A DNA stretch of 64,000 nucleotides from an uncultured Verrucomicrobiota bacterium (GCA_964526745.1 CAZGMQ010000004.1:518-64517), one strand, 5' to 3'. Positions 33,083 through 45,545 are shown, numbered from the stretch's first letter. Notes: a model not told the origin generated them from the sequence alone. Made by a program: numbers and translations.

Positions 33083-34249
33083 CTACTTGAAACAGATACG
33101 CGAAATCAGCGTATTGAAATCTTCTTCGCCGCTGAGCAGCTCGATTTCCACGCGGAGAAAATAGAGGGGGATATCCCGTCGTTCGATTTTGGGGAAGCGG
33201 ACGGCATCCTTCTCCGTGGTCACAATGGCATCGGCCCCCCGGCCATGGCTGGAATTGATCATATCCAGAATTTCCTGTTGGGTATATCGATGGTGATCCG
33301 CAAACCGCTTGCGATGGACCAGCGTGCCTCCGAGGCGTTCCAGGATCTCTTCAAATCCGCGCGGGGCGGCAATCCCGGAGAGCGCCGCCACCTTCAGCCC
33401 CTGTAGGGTGTCCAGCGGGAGGATTTCTCCTGTAAAAACATTCTGCAGATGCTTGGGGCTGTGCCGGCATTCCGCAATTTCCGCTTTGTCGTTCAGCGCA
33501 CGAATCTGTTTTCGCAATTCCTCAGACCCATCGCCGGGGGATTTGGTGATGAAGATGAAGGTCGCGCGACTGAGATGTTTGACAGATTCTCGCAGCAGGC
33601 CGCGCGGCAGGACAAAGCCGTTATCAAAAGGGTTGGTTCGGTCCACCAGCACAATATCCACCCGATGCTGCAGGCGCAGGTATTGGAAACCGTCATCCAG
33701 GATGATCGTGTCACATCCCATCTTCTGGATGGCATACCGGCTGGATTTCACGCGGTCCTTGTCGACCAGAACGCAGGCATGGGGCAGGTTGGAAGCCAGC
33801 ATGTAGGGCTCATCGCCGCCCATCTCTGAATCCAGCAACAGGCGCTGGCCGTCCGAGACGATACGGGGAGGCTGCTGTTCGGGTGTATTGAAGGTAACGA
33901 AGTTTTTGAACTTTTCGCTGAAGGGGGTTTCGGCCTTTTTATATCCCCGGCTCAGAATGGCGACCTTCCGCCCGTGTTTCTGGAGCGCGCGGGCAAAGAC
34001 TTCCACCACAGGGGTTTTGCCCGTCCCGCCTACAGTGAGGTTCCCAATACTGATGACCTGACATCCGAAGGTCTTCGGGCGCATGAGGCGGTGCTCATAG
34101 AGCGCCAGGCGCATATTCATGATGAAGCTGTACAGGCGCGACAGATTCTTGAGCGTAAAGCGCAGGAGATTCGGCCCCACGCCATGAAGGCGGTCGGAGA
34201 CGACCGCCAGAATATAGATTTCAAATCTTTCGCGAGAGGAACGGGCCAT
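33083..34249 (-). CDS. lpxK: Tetraacyldisaccharide 4'-kinase
   Basis: VISIGNLTVGGTGKTP, LSRGYK, GDEPYML, ILDDGFQY, PRGLLRE, FADHHRY, VTTEKDAVR; start MARSSRE at 34249. Confidence 0.95.
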   Translation of the reverse strand: MARSSRERFEIYILAVVSDRLHGVGPNLLRFTLKNLSRLYSFIMNMRLALYEHRLMRPKTFGCQVISIGNLTVGGTGKTPVVEVFARALQKHGRKVAILSRGYKKAETPFSEKFKNFVTFNTPEQQPPRIVSDGQRLLLDSEMGGDEPYMLASNLPHACVLVDKDRVKSSRYAIQKMGCDTIILDDGFQYLRLQHRVDIVLVDRTNPFDNGFVLPRGLLRESVKHLSRATFIFITKSPGDGSEELRKQIRALNDKAEIAECRHSPKHLQNVFTGEILPLDTLQGLKVAALSGIAAPRGFEEILERLGGTLVHRKRFADHHRYTQQEILDMINSSHGRGADAIVTTEKDAVRFPKIERRDIPLYFLRVEIELLSGEEDFNTLISRICFK

Positions 34250-34342
34250 GGGAGAACTATGGCGGGAGCGGCCTGTGCAGGTCAAGCGCGGGGACCGCGG
34301 CTTTCCATGCGGTGAACGGCCGCCGGCTGGAAATTCTTGAGT

Positions 34343-34381
34343 TTTCCATCGTGTGGAAACATTTTTTCCATGCTATGGAAA
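34343..34381. repeat. Dispersed palindromic repeat, copy B (two units)
   Basis: TTTCCAT-CGT-GTGGAAA (34343-34359) and TTTCCAT-GCT-ATGGAAA (34365-34381); 34/39 identical to 46755-46793, with every difference in the unit centres. Confidence 0.9.
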
Positions 34382-34402
34382 ACATTCACAGGGGTGCTGC
34401 TG

Positions 34403-35386
34403 TCAGGGCTGTGGGGGAACCCGGGCGCGCTGAAAGAGGAAGAAGGGGGCGCCGAAGAGGGACCAGACTGTTGCGGACAGATAGGTCAACAGTGAGAGCA
34501 TAAGCGCCGGGGCTGCAGTGATGCCGAGGGGATGCAGAAGCTGGATATAGAGGCCTTCGCGAATGCCCAGACTTCCGGGGGTGAGGGGAATCGCTGCCAG
34601 AACCGTGATGACTGGGAAAATGGTCAGCAGGTCGACAAATGGGATGGAGATCTCCAGTGCGCGGGCGAGGGCAGCCGTGGCTGCCGCCAGCAGCAGCAGA
34701 TTGGCCAGGGAGAGGACCGCAGGGAAGAGGAGGTGGCGGGCATTGCGCCGGAAGAGAAACAGGGCATCATAGACGCGGCGAATCAGGGCTCCGGCTTTGC
34801 CGCGTTGTTCCCACTGTTTCAGCCACGGGATGCGGTCGAAGAGATTCCGGCTGAAGAACAGGGCGAGGAGGGCGATTGTCGCCAGCAGAAAAATCCCCAT
34901 CAGGAAGAGGGCCGGCCGGGCTTCGGCATCGCCTGCGAACCGCTGAAACCGGGATAGGAGCATCCCGCAGCCGAACAGGAGTGTGATCACGAGGCCAATG
35001 GCCCGATCCAGAAAGACAGAGGTCACGGCTTCGGGGCGCTGTTCCGGATGATCCTGGGCGGCGACCAGGGCGCGGACCAGATCGCCTCCGCAGGCGCCAA
35101 ATAGGAAGGCATTGAAGAATTGGCCGATAAAGTAGCCCTGAAAGGTCCGGCCGAAGGGCGTCGGGAGACCCAGGGTGCGCAACAGGACATGCCATCGGAT
35201 GACCCCCACCAGGAGGGCGAGAAAGGTGAGCCCGATCCCGGCGATGATCCAGCCGGGGTGGTTGCGGAGCGGGATGAGACTGGATTGCAAGGTGTCCCAG
35301 CCGATGGCGCGGGACAGAAAGGCGATGAGCGCGAGGCCAATGGCCAGGCGCAGAAGCGGAGCCCAGCGGAAGCGGCGGGCAGCCAT
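34403..35386 (-). CDS. Lysylphosphatidylglycerol synthase TM-region (UPF0104) flippase-like membrane protein
   Basis: Multiple TM helices; RWHVLL...YFIGQFFNAFLFG..GGDLVR, SVFLDRAIGL and PLTPGSLGIRE family motifs. Confidence 0.85.
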   Translation of the reverse strand: MAARRFRWAPLLRLAIGLALIAFLSRAIGWDTLQSSLIPLRNHPGWIIAGIGLTFLALLVGVIRWHVLLRTLGLPTPFGRTFQGYFIGQFFNAFLFGACGGDLVRALVAAQDHPEQRPEAVTSVFLDRAIGLVITLLFGCGMLLSRFQRFAGDAEARPALFLMGIFLLATIALLALFFSRNLFDRIPWLKQWEQRGKAGALIRRVYDALFLFRRNARHLLFPAVLSLANLLLLAAATAALARALEISIPFVDLLTIFPVITVLAAIPLTPGSLGIREGLYIQLLHPLGITAAPALMLSLLTYLSATVWSLFGAPFFLFQRARVPPQP

Positions 35387-35389
35387 CGG

Positions 35390-36322
35390 TCAGACTCCGG
35401 AGGCCCGGCGGGAGACGATGTCGTCGTAGACCGTCTGGAGGGATTCGCGGAGTGGAATCTCCGGTTGCCAGTGGATATCCCGGCAGATGCGGGCGGTGTC
35501 ATAGGACGGCCGGCTGCTGGCCGGACGGAACAGGGCCGTATCCACTTCTGTTTTGGGATGTACCTGCGCGATCTCGCACAGGGTGTCGAGAATGTCGCGG
35601 ATGGGCGTCATGCGTCCGGAGGCGATATTGTAGGCGCTTCCGGCCTGGCCCTTCTCCAGCAGGAGGGTATAGGCGCGGGCGACATCGCGGACATCGGTGA
35701 AGTCGCGGCACTGATCCAGATTGCCGACCCGCATCAAGGCGGGGGCTCCGGCGGCGATGTCGGCCAGTTGCGCGGCAAAGGAAGAGGAAACAAAGTCTTT
35801 CGACTGGCCTGCGCCGATATGGTTGGAGGGGCGGGCGATCTGGACATCCAGATGATGGTGGCTGGCATAGAGCAGGGCGGCATGATCGGCCGCGGCCTTG
35901 GCGACACCGTAGATGTTGTCTGGCCGGTAGGGGGCCTCCTCGGTGAGGGGCCCGGGCCCTGGATGAGATCCGTAGACTTCCGCTGAGGTCACCACAAGGA
36001 CACGGGCGGTGGGGGTCTGCTGCCGCACGGCGTCCAGCAGGTTCAGTGTGCCGATGGTGTTTACTGAAAACAGGAGCTGGGGTTCCGTCCATCCGAGCGG
36101 CACAAATGCGATTCCTCCGAGGTGGAGGATGGCCTCCGGCCGTTCGGCTTCCAGCGTTTGCTTCAGGGCCTTCAGGTCGCAGACATCCAAGGTCAGGCAG
36201 GAGCTGCCCGACCCGGGAGGAGAGGCAATATCGCTGCCAATCGTCTCATGTCCGGCTTGGCGCAAGGCGGCAATCGCATGCCGCCCAACAAAACCATTGC
36301 AACCGGTAACGAGTACTTTCAT
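35390..36322 (-). CDS. rmd: GDP-4-keto-6-deoxy-D-mannose reductase (RMD-like SDR)
   Basis: Start MKVLVTGCNGFVG at 36322; TSAEVYG, YGVAK, RPSNHIGAGQ, GNLDQCRDFTDVRD; directly downstream of gmd. Confidence 0.75.
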   Translation of the reverse strand: MKVLVTGCNGFVGRHAIAALRQAGHETIGSDIASPPGSGSSCLTLDVCDLKALKQTLEAERPEAILHLGGIAFVPLGWTEPQLLFSVNTIGTLNLLDAVRQQTPTARVLVVTSAEVYGSHPGPGPLTEEAPYRPDNIYGVAKAAADHAALLYASHHHLDVQIARPSNHIGAGQSKDFVSSSFAAQLADIAAGAPALMRVGNLDQCRDFTDVRDVARAYTLLLEKGQAGSAYNIASGRMTPIRDILDTLCEIAQVHPKTEVDTALFRPASSRPSYDTARICRDIHWQPEIPLRESLQTVYDDIVSRRASGV

Positions 36323-36345
36323 GCGGCAGCCAAACGTGTCGAAGA

Positions 36346-38263
<1,918 letters not shown>

Positions 38264-38267
<4 letters not shown>

Positions 38268-40360
38268 TTATCGGCCTGGGCTTGAATGGCGGTGATGGCC
38301 ACGGTGTTGACGATATCGACGACCGTACACCCGCGGGAGAGATCATTGACGGGTTTGCGCAATCCCTGAATGACAGGGCCGATGGCCACGGCCCCGGCGG
38401 ACCGCTGGACGGCCTTGTAGGTGTTGTTCCCGGTGTTGAGGTCGGGGAAGATGAAAACGGTGGCATGCCCCGCCACCTCCGACTGGGGTATTTTGGTCCG
38501 GGCCACACCCGCATCGATGGCGGCGTCATACTGGATCGGGCCTTCGATGGGAAGGTCGGGGGCCATTTTTTGCGCGAGGGCTGTGGCTTCGCGCACCCGT
38601 TCGACATCGGCGCCGCCGCCGGACCCCCCGGTGGAGTAGGACAACATCGCCACACGGGGTTCCACGCCGAAAGTCCTGGCGGTTTCCGCCGAGGAGATCG
38701 CAATCTCGGCGAGCTGCTGCGCGGTCGGGTTGGGGTTGATGGCGCAATCGCCATACACGAGCACTCGGTCCTTCAGGCACATCAGAAAGACGGAGGACAC
38801 AATCGAGAAGCCGGGTTTGGTGCGGATGAACTGGAGGGAGGGGCGGACGGTGTGGGCTGTCGTGTTGACCGAGCCGGAGACCATCCCGTCGGCGAGTCCC
38901 TTGTAGACCATCATGGTCCCGAAGTACGACACATCCGCCATAATGGTTTCCGCCATGTCCGGCGTGATGCCCTTGTCTTTCCGCAGCTCGTAATAGGTGT
39001 TCACAAAATCACGGAACTGCTTGGACTTGCGCGGATTGATGATTTCCACATCCGGCAGGTTCAACCCGAGGTGAGAGATCTTGCCCATGATTCTTTGTTT
39101 GCTGCCCAGAAGGGTGACATCGGCGATCCCGCGCATCAGGACCTGCTCGGCGGCATACAGAATGCGGTCCTCCGTCCCCTCGGGAAGCACGATCCGCTGC
39201 CGGGGGGACTGGGCGCGCTGAATCAGCCCGAACTCAAACCGTTTGGGGGTGACGACACCGGTCCGGGCGGTCGCCAGCAGGCTTACAAGCTTCTGGGTGT
39301 CGACGCGGGACTCAAATAGGGCCAGGGCCGTGGTGATCTTTCGCGACGCGCCTGGATAGATGCGGGAGTGAATGCGCGAAACCGTATTGACGGCTTCATA
39401 GGTGTTTCCCGGCACACAGAGAACCGGCACCATGTTCTTGACTTCCTTCAGGAGGGTCCCGACGGCGCCGGCAGGCTTGAAGCCGTTGGTCAGCACGATG
39501 CCTGCAATGTTGACCGGCTTGGTTGAGTTGAGTTTCAGCATGACGCCCAGCAGGTTGCCGAATCGGTCGCCGGAAATGAACAGCAATGCGCCGTCCTGAA
39601 GCTGGGAAAGGAAAATTTCGGGGGAGGCATCGGCTACGCTGAAGGAGGTGGCCTGCAGGGAGTCGAGCAGATCGGAGCGGTAGAAGGTCTCGGAGGCAAG
39701 GGCCTGGGCGACTTCGCTCATCATGGGTGCGGCCAAGGCCGTGTCCTGAGGGAGTGCAAAAACGGGCAGGTCACTGTGGCGGGAATCCTTCAGGAGATCC
39801 GGCAGTTGATCGAGGCGGTTATCCGGACAGCGGTTCAAAATGGCGGCCAGCACATTGCAATCGCCCTCTACAAAACTTTGGACCGCGAAATCCAGGCAGG
39901 TCAGTTCCCCGCTGGAGCCGATCCGGCGTCCGTCCACCACCAGCAATACGGGGGCATCGATGTTTCGGGCAATCGTTGCATTGATGTTGAATTCAAAGGC
40001 GGAGTTTTCGCCTTCGAAGTCCGAGCCTTCGCAGACCACAAAATCATAGCGGGCGGCCACCTCGTTATAGCGCGCCAGAATGCCATCGATCAGATTGGAG
40101 ATTTTACCGGCCCGGATCAGGTCCGACGCTTCCCGGCTCGTAAACGCAAAGGCCTGCTCGTACGGGAGGTCGAGATGGAAATGACTTGTGATGAGGGCGA
40201 TGTCATTGTCTGGTTCCAGGCCATCCCGCTCGGCGGCAATAATGGGGCGGAAAAAGCCGACATGTCCCACTTTTTTGATCATCATTTCCATGACGCCAAG
40301 GGCAATGGCGGATTTTCCGCTGCTGGATTCCGTTGCGGCGATATACACATTCCGGGACAT
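38264..40360 (-). CDS. pta: Phosphate acetyltransferase, long form (P-loop + DRTGG + PTA domains)
   Basis: Start MSRNVYIAATE at 40360; SGKS, EGSDF, RIVLPEGTEDR, DCAINPNP, GPIQYDAA, FPDLNTGNNTYK, QGLRKPVNDLSRG. Confidence 0.96.
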
Positions 40361-40426
40361 CGAAAAACCTTTCAAAAAAGTAATGCCCTTTTGGGGCTGA
40401 TAAATATGAGCGCATCCTAGCGATTC

Positions 40427-40492
40427 CCCCTCGCCAGCGCAAGAAAACCCGCCCCGAGTCTGCCGCAAATAGGATTGCCCGCTGGCGAGGGG
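40427..40492. repeat. 13-bp perfect inverted repeat in the divergent pta/galE intergenic region
   Basis: CCCCTCGCCAGCG (40427-40439) and CGCTGGCGAGGGG (40480-40492). Confidence 0.75.
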
Positions 40493-40511
40493 TTTGTTAG
40501 AACCGTTTCCT

Positions 40512-41489
40512 ATGAAAATATTAGTGACAGGCGGGTCTGGGTATATTGGAAGTGTAACAGTGGAGTTGCTCTGCAACGATGGCCATGAAGTGGTTGTCTT
40601 TGATAACCTCGAACGGGGCCATATCGAGGCGGTGGATCCCCGTGCGCGCCTGATTGTGGGGGATTTGCGCGATCCACGGGGCATCCGCGATGCCATGAAA
40701 GCCGTGACCCCCGATGCCGTGGTCCATTTCGCCGCTTATGCGCTGGTGGGCGAATCGATGCAGACCCCTATGCTGTATTTCAAAAACAACCTCGGCGGCG
40801 GCCTCCACCTGCTGGATGCCATGCTGCGTGCGGATGTGCCCAAGATCATTTTTTCCTCCACCTGTGCGACCTATGGGCAGCCCGAAGTGATGCCCATGAC
40901 CGAGGCGCTGCCTCAGCGGCCGACCAATCCGTATGGCGAATCCAAACTGATGTTCGAGACCGCCCTGCGCTGGGAACAGGAACGCCGGGGCATCCAGCCG
41001 GTCTTTCTCCGCTATTTCAATGCCTGCGGGGCCACGGAGAAATACGGCGAGGACCACGAGCCCGAGACCCACATCATCCCGAATGTGCTGAAAGTGGCGC
41101 TGGGGCAGGCTCCCGTTGTTCCGGTCTTCGGCGATGACTATGACACCCCCGACGGCACCTGCATCCGGGATTATATCCACATTGTCGATCTGGCCCGTGC
41201 GCATATCCTAGCGCTGGAAAAAGACGTGACCGGCCCCTTCAATCTGGGCACCGGTACCGGCTTCTCCGTGCAGCAGGTCATCGAGACCTGCCGCGAGGTG
41301 ACGGGCCATGAAATCCCTGTTGAGATGTCTCCGCGCCGTCCGGGAGACCCCGCTTGCCTGGTCGCAGGTGCCGAAAAAGCGAAAGACATCCTCGGCTGGA
41401 AGCCGCAATATCCGGAGTTGAAAACCATTGTCCAACACGCCTGGAACTGGCATCAGTCCCATCCGTTTGGATACGCGAGGAAAAGCTGA
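40512..41489 (+). CDS. galE: UDP-glucose 4-epimerase
   Basis: ILVTGGSGYIGS, HFAAYALVGES, FSSTCATYG, YGESK, LRYFNACG, DGTCIRDYIH. Confidence 0.97.
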   Translation: MKILVTGGSGYIGSVTVELLCNDGHEVVVFDNLERGHIEAVDPRARLIVGDLRDPRGIRDAMKAVTPDAVVHFAAYALVGESMQTPMLYFKNNLGGGLHLLDAMLRADVPKIIFSSTCATYGQPEVMPMTEALPQRPTNPYGESKLMFETALRWEQERRGIQPVFLRYFNACGATEKYGEDHEPETHIIPNVLKVALGQAPVVPVFGDDYDTPDGTCIRDYIHIVDLARAHILALEKDVTGPFNLGTGTGFSVQQVIETCREVTGHEIPVEMSPRRPGDPACLVAGAEKAKDILGWKPQYPELKTIVQHAWNWHQSHPFGYARKS

Positions 41490-41872
41490 TGAGTGATCTC
41501 CCCGTTCAAACAAAACGCTTTAAAGTCGATACCAGCCGGCCGCACAGCCGCAGCAAGCTGCGATCCAAAGTGCGTCATATCATGGCAGTGGCCTCGGGTA
41601 TGTTTCCGTTGATGGGTCTGTTTATCGTCGGGATGTCCTGGTTCCGGCTGCCACCTGAGCGCGGACCCTACTACAAGCTGGCGATCATCTTTGTGGGCTG
41701 CGGCATGGTGACCCTGCTGTTCTATGCATGGGCCCGCGCCGAAAACATGCGCCGCCGGGAAATTTCTCAGGAGAACCGGGAACGCCGCCATCGGGACCGG
41801 GAAGTGGCCCATCGTCAGGAACAAGCCAAAAGCCCGGCCGGACAAGCCGAAGGCATGGCGAAGGACGGCTGA
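41489..41872 (+). CDS. Hypothetical protein with two TM helices
   Basis: TGATG coupling to galE and to gspK; two hydrophobic segments with a charged C-terminal tail. Confidence 0.7.
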   Translation: MSDLPVQTKRFKVDTSRPHSRSKLRSKVRHIMAVASGMFPLMGLFIVGMSWFRLPPERGPYYKLAIIFVGCGMVTLLFYAWARAENMRRREISQENRERRHRDREVAHRQEQAKSPAGQAEGMAKDG

Positions 41873-42843
41873 TGTTCCATCGCCCCGAAGCCCGTTCGGG
41901 CATGGCGTTGATTCTGACGCTGGCGGCGATTGTGCTGGCCGGGGGATTGGCGCTGTATCTTCAGGCGAGAGCCGTGGAACTGTCCCGAGCGGAGCGGGTC
42001 GCTCTGAAACAGGAACAGCTCCGGTTTGCCGCCGCCGAAGCCGCCCGGGAAATGTTGCTGACGCTGGCATCAGATGAAGACCTCAAAGTGGATCATCTGG
42101 GCGAGGACTGGGCCATTCCCCGTGAGACAACCCTCGACAATGGCATCTCTACCTGGGCGAAAGTGGAGGATGCCGGCCGGTTTTTCAACTGGAACAACCT
42201 GGGGGTCTCCAACCGATCCACCCGCACCTCCGCGGAAATTCTTCTCGATCTGATGACCTTTTGCGGGGAACTCACCCCTGTGGTCCGCGTTGAGGCGCTC
42301 GAGGATTTTCTGGATCCGGACGATGAAGGCTCCTATGAGTCGGGCTTCTATCAGGCCGAAGACGTTCCGTATGATCCGCCCAACCGGGCCTTGTGGGCAC
42401 CCGGCGAACTGCTGTGGGTCCACGATTTTTCGGCAGCGCTGTTCCGCCCGCGTCCCAAGGCGGATCTGGATGATTTGTTCGGCGGCGATTTGTCCGCTTC
42501 CACCGCACTGGTCCCCGCGCAGATCGAGACGCCGATTCCGATCAATATCAATACGGCCAGCCGCGATGTGCTGATGGCCGTGACCGGTCTGCAGCAGGAT
42601 TCCGCCGTGCGGACAGTCCTTGCCTTGCGGGAAGTGCAGCCCTTTGAATCCCTAACCACGCTGTTCATGGCCAGTCCGGAGCTCGCCGCAGCCCTGGAAG
42701 GCACGCTGGGAACCGCCAGCACCTATTTCCGCGTGAAAGCCCGCGCCTCGGTGGATGACCAGCACAGTTCTGTCGTCGCATGGGTCGAGCGCGATGAAGT
42801 CGGCGATATTCAGATCCTGCAATGGATCGACCAGGAAGGCTGA
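41872..42843 (+). CDS. gspK: Type II secretion minor pseudopilin GspK
   Basis: Prepilin-like SG|MALILTL, DHLGEDW, VEDAGRFFNWN, helix-hairpin-helix PININTASRDVL. Confidence 0.85.
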   Translation: MFHRPEARSGMALILTLAAIVLAGGLALYLQARAVELSRAERVALKQEQLRFAAAEAAREMLLTLASDEDLKVDHLGEDWAIPRETTLDNGISTWAKVEDAGRFFNWNNLGVSNRSTRTSAEILLDLMTFCGELTPVVRVEALEDFLDPDDEGSYESGFYQAEDVPYDPPNRALWAPGELLWVHDFSAALFRPRPKADLDDLFGGDLSASTALVPAQIETPIPININTASRDVLMAVTGLQQDSAVRTVLALREVQPFESLTTLFMASPELAAALEGTLGTASTYFRVKARASVDDQHSSVVAWVERDEVGDIQILQWIDQEG

Positions 42844-42845
42844 CC

Positions 42846-44252
42846 ATGGGCGAGGGGTACAAAATTTCATATGGCATGGAGGTTTCGGCCTCCCGGATGG
42901 TCTGCGTTCGCACGGTCCGGCGCGGAGTGCCGCAGCCGGTTTTGGTAGCGGATCTGGATTCAGAGGAGGCCCGCCGCCAGCTGGAAACCATTTCCCGCGA
43001 AGTGGAGAAGGGGACGGCGGCCCTCGCGCTGTGCGCGCCCGCGGCTCAAACGGTGATCCGTTCCTTGCGCGCGCCCTTTGCCTCGGCCCGGAAGGCCGGC
43101 AAAGTATGGAATTCCCTCCTGGATGTGAATCTGCCCTTTCCGGTCGAGAGCGCCAGTTGCTGCTATAGCGATGTCCGCGTCGAAAGCGGAGGAACCGTTT
43201 CCGTTGCCGCAGCCATCCGGACCCACGATCTGGAAACCTGGGATGAGGCCAGTCGCGCCGTCGGCCTCGAGTCCACGCACTGCGATGCCGAAGCTCTGGC
43301 TCTCTGGAGTCAGCAGGGGGTGGAAGCCCCATCGGTCCGGAGTGAATGGCCCCGTGCCATTGTGTGGCTGGGCGAAGACCATGTCACCATTGCCCGCGGT
43401 CGCGGGACGACCTTTGTGGCGGCCCATGTGCTGCGTGCCTCTCCCCTGACCGGCACGCCGGAGGCTCAGCAGACGTTTGATGCTCTGTGGGCCGCTCGCA
43501 TGCGCCAAGTGCTGACCGCGCATCTGGCCGAAACTGGCTCCAGTGAGATGGATCTATGGTGGGCCGGTCCCGGCGCCGAAGATGAGGCACGGGTCGCACG
43601 GCTTCGGAAAGCCTTGCCTGCGGAACTGTCCCTTCGTCAGGAAGTTCACCGCCAGCCCTCCTCCTTTTTGGTGCGGGCCCTGGCCCGGCGGGCGATAGAG
43701 GGGTCCGGAGTCAATTTCAAAACAGGCGAATGGACGCATCCGGCCGTTCTGTGCAATCAGAAAAAGGCGCTCACACGCGCCTATGTCTCTGTCGCGGCCA
43801 CCGCGCTGCTGGTTCTGGTGCTCAACATGGGTATTTCCACACTCCGGCAGCACCGGGTGGCGTCGTTGCAGGTGCACTTGTCGGCTGCGGCCCAGTCAAT
43901 TACGGGCCAGCCGGTTCCGCTTGGCCAGGAGAGCCTGTTGGTGGAACGGGCCATTACCCGCCGTGATGAGGAAACGCAACCCTTCCGGAATGCCCTGGAC
44001 ACCGATGGCCTCGAAGGGCGCTTTGCCCGCGTGCTGGATGAAGCCGCCGCACTGGATGTGCAACTGTCCCGGCTTGTCGTTTCTCCACTGGCCATTTCCA
44101 TAGAAGGGTCCGCCACGAGTATCCAGGCGATCGAAGGCCTGGCCGAGCGCCTGCGCGCAAAGGATTGGCTGGTGCAGACGGACAGTCCCGGGCGGTCGCC
44201 CGAAGGCCGTCAGCAGTTCATCCTAAAAGGAACGGCCAACCATGAAGGCTGA
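42846..44252 (+). CDS. gspL: Type II secretion GspL-like inner-membrane platform protein
   Basis: Large cytoplasmic N-domain, single TM (AYVSVAATALLVLVLNMGI) and PilN-like C-domain (ISIEGSA); lies between gspK and a gspM-like gene. Confidence 0.7.
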   Translation: MGEGYKISYGMEVSASRMVCVRTVRRGVPQPVLVADLDSEEARRQLETISREVEKGTAALALCAPAAQTVIRSLRAPFASARKAGKVWNSLLDVNLPFPVESASCCYSDVRVESGGTVSVAAAIRTHDLETWDEASRAVGLESTHCDAEALALWSQQGVEAPSVRSEWPRAIVWLGEDHVTIARGRGTTFVAAHVLRASPLTGTPEAQQTFDALWAARMRQVLTAHLAETGSSEMDLWWAGPGAEDEARVARLRKALPAELSLRQEVHRQPSSFLVRALARRAIEGSGVNFKTGEWTHPAVLCNQKKALTRAYVSVAATALLVLVLNMGISTLRQHRVASLQVHLSAAAQSITGQPVPLGQESLLVERAITRRDEETQPFRNALDTDGLEGRFARVLDEAAALDVQLSRLVVSPLAISIEGSATSIQAIEGLAERLRAKDWLVQTDSPGRSPEGRQQFILKGTANHEG

Positions 44253-44730
44253 GCGCATGTGGAAACTGTTGGCAGGCGGCCTCTCCGTGGCGGCGGTGGC
44301 CATGACCTTGAATACGGTTCTGTCCGCTCCCCGGCATCGGGAAATCGTCATCCGGAAAGAAGCCGATCTCCAGCAGATTCAGACGGCCCAGTCCCGGTGG
44401 GCCCGGGAAGATGCCTATCGTGCCTGGCTCGATGCGCAGCAAGCCTGGAAACCGGCGAATCTGGACGATCTGGCCACGCGTACCCTCGGTGCCGGGACGG
44501 CCCGGCTTTCTCCGCGTCCTGCGGTGACGGCGGCCGACGGCTGGCAGCTGCGGGAAGCCTCCGTGGAAGTCCGCGAAGCCTCGTATGATGAAATTGCGAT
44601 GTTCCTGTCCGAAGCCACGGCCCACCCGCCGGCCTGGCGGTTGCGCGAACTGGAAATCAATCCCTCCGCCGAGCCGGGGAAGGGCGCCATGACCTGTGTG
44701 CTGGAAGCGCTGGAAAAGAAGCAGCCATAA
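44242..44730 (+). CDS. gspM: Type II secretion GspM-like protein
   Basis: N-terminal TM, coiled coil, ferredoxin-like C-domain (SVEVREASYDEIAMFL...WRLRELEINP); overlaps gspL. Confidence 0.6.
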   Translation: MKAERMWKLLAGGLSVAAVAMTLNTVLSAPRHREIVIRKEADLQQIQTAQSRWAREDAYRAWLDAQQAWKPANLDDLATRTLGAGTARLSPRPAVTAADGWQLREASVEVREASYDEIAMFLSEATAHPPAWRLRELEINPSAEPGKGAMTCVLEALEKKQP

Positions 44731-44734
44731 GGAT

Positions 44735-45544
44735 ATGCTGTCTTCGATGAATTTGTTCTCAACCATTTGGCACCGACGCGAGCTGCTCTGGAATCTCACC
44801 TCGCGCGAGCTGAAGCAGCGCTATAAAGGATCCGCTCTCGGGTTCCTATGGAGCATCCTGACCCCGCTGTTCATGGCTGCCATCTATGTGGTCTTCCTGC
44901 GCCTGCTCGCCCGGGGCGTTCCGATGGAAGATATCCTGATTGGTGTATTCGCCTGGCAGTTCACCACGCAATGCGTCATGGGCGGTATGAACTGTGTCAC
45001 CGGCAGTGCCAATCTCGTCAAGAAGGTGGCGTTTCCCCGTGAGATTCTGCCCATCAGCCAGGTGGCCGCCAACGGCATCGGCTACTTGCTGTCGCTACTG
45101 GTGCAGTTCCCGGCACTGGCGCTCCTGCTGTGGCATAGTGGCTCCCATTTTTCTTCCGCCTGGCCGATGTTCCTCTTCTGGATGGTCTGGCAAACGATGT
45201 TCAACCTCGGCCTCGCGATGTTCACCGGTGCGGCCAATGTGTACTTCCGCGACACCCAGCATCTCGTGGGGGTGGGCCTCAGCGCCTGGTTCTTTATGAG
45301 TCCCGTCATGTACAACATGGAATTTGCCCGCAACCTCGCCTCCAAATGGCCCTGGGCCGTCCATCTGCTCTACGCCAACCCCATGGCCGTCATTATCAAC
45401 GGCTATCGCGCCGCCCTTCTCCCCGGCGCCGATCCCGGATTCCCGCCCGCGGCCTGGGTCGGGTTCGCTATCGTCCCTCTCTTCCTGATTTTCGGCACCT
45501 GGATGTATCGCCGCCTTCAAAAGAATTTTGCGGACTTGCTGTAA
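44735..45544 (+). CDS. wzm: ABC-2 polysaccharide export permease (Wzm)
   Basis: RELKQRYKGSALGFLW, NLVKKVAFPREI, YFRDTQHL, FFMSPVMY, NPMA. Confidence 0.93.
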   Translation: MLSSMNLFSTIWHRRELLWNLTSRELKQRYKGSALGFLWSILTPLFMAAIYVVFLRLLARGVPMEDILIGVFAWQFTTQCVMGGMNCVTGSANLVKKVAFPREILPISQVAANGIGYLLSLLVQFPALALLLWHSGSHFSSAWPMFLFWMVWQTMFNLGLAMFTGAANVYFRDTQHLVGVGLSAWFFMSPVMYNMEFARNLASKWPWAVHLLYANPMAVIINGYRAALLPGADPGFPPAAWVGFAIVPLFLIFGTWMYRRLQKNFADLL

Positions 45545-45545
45545 T

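Noticed and set aside
40361-40696. 112-aa N-terminal extension of Pta (also extensions of Rmd, RhlE, MurG, MurC, PpdK and GspK in the track)
   Set aside because: They run across intergenic DNA or into neighbouring genes; family-typical starts occur downstream.
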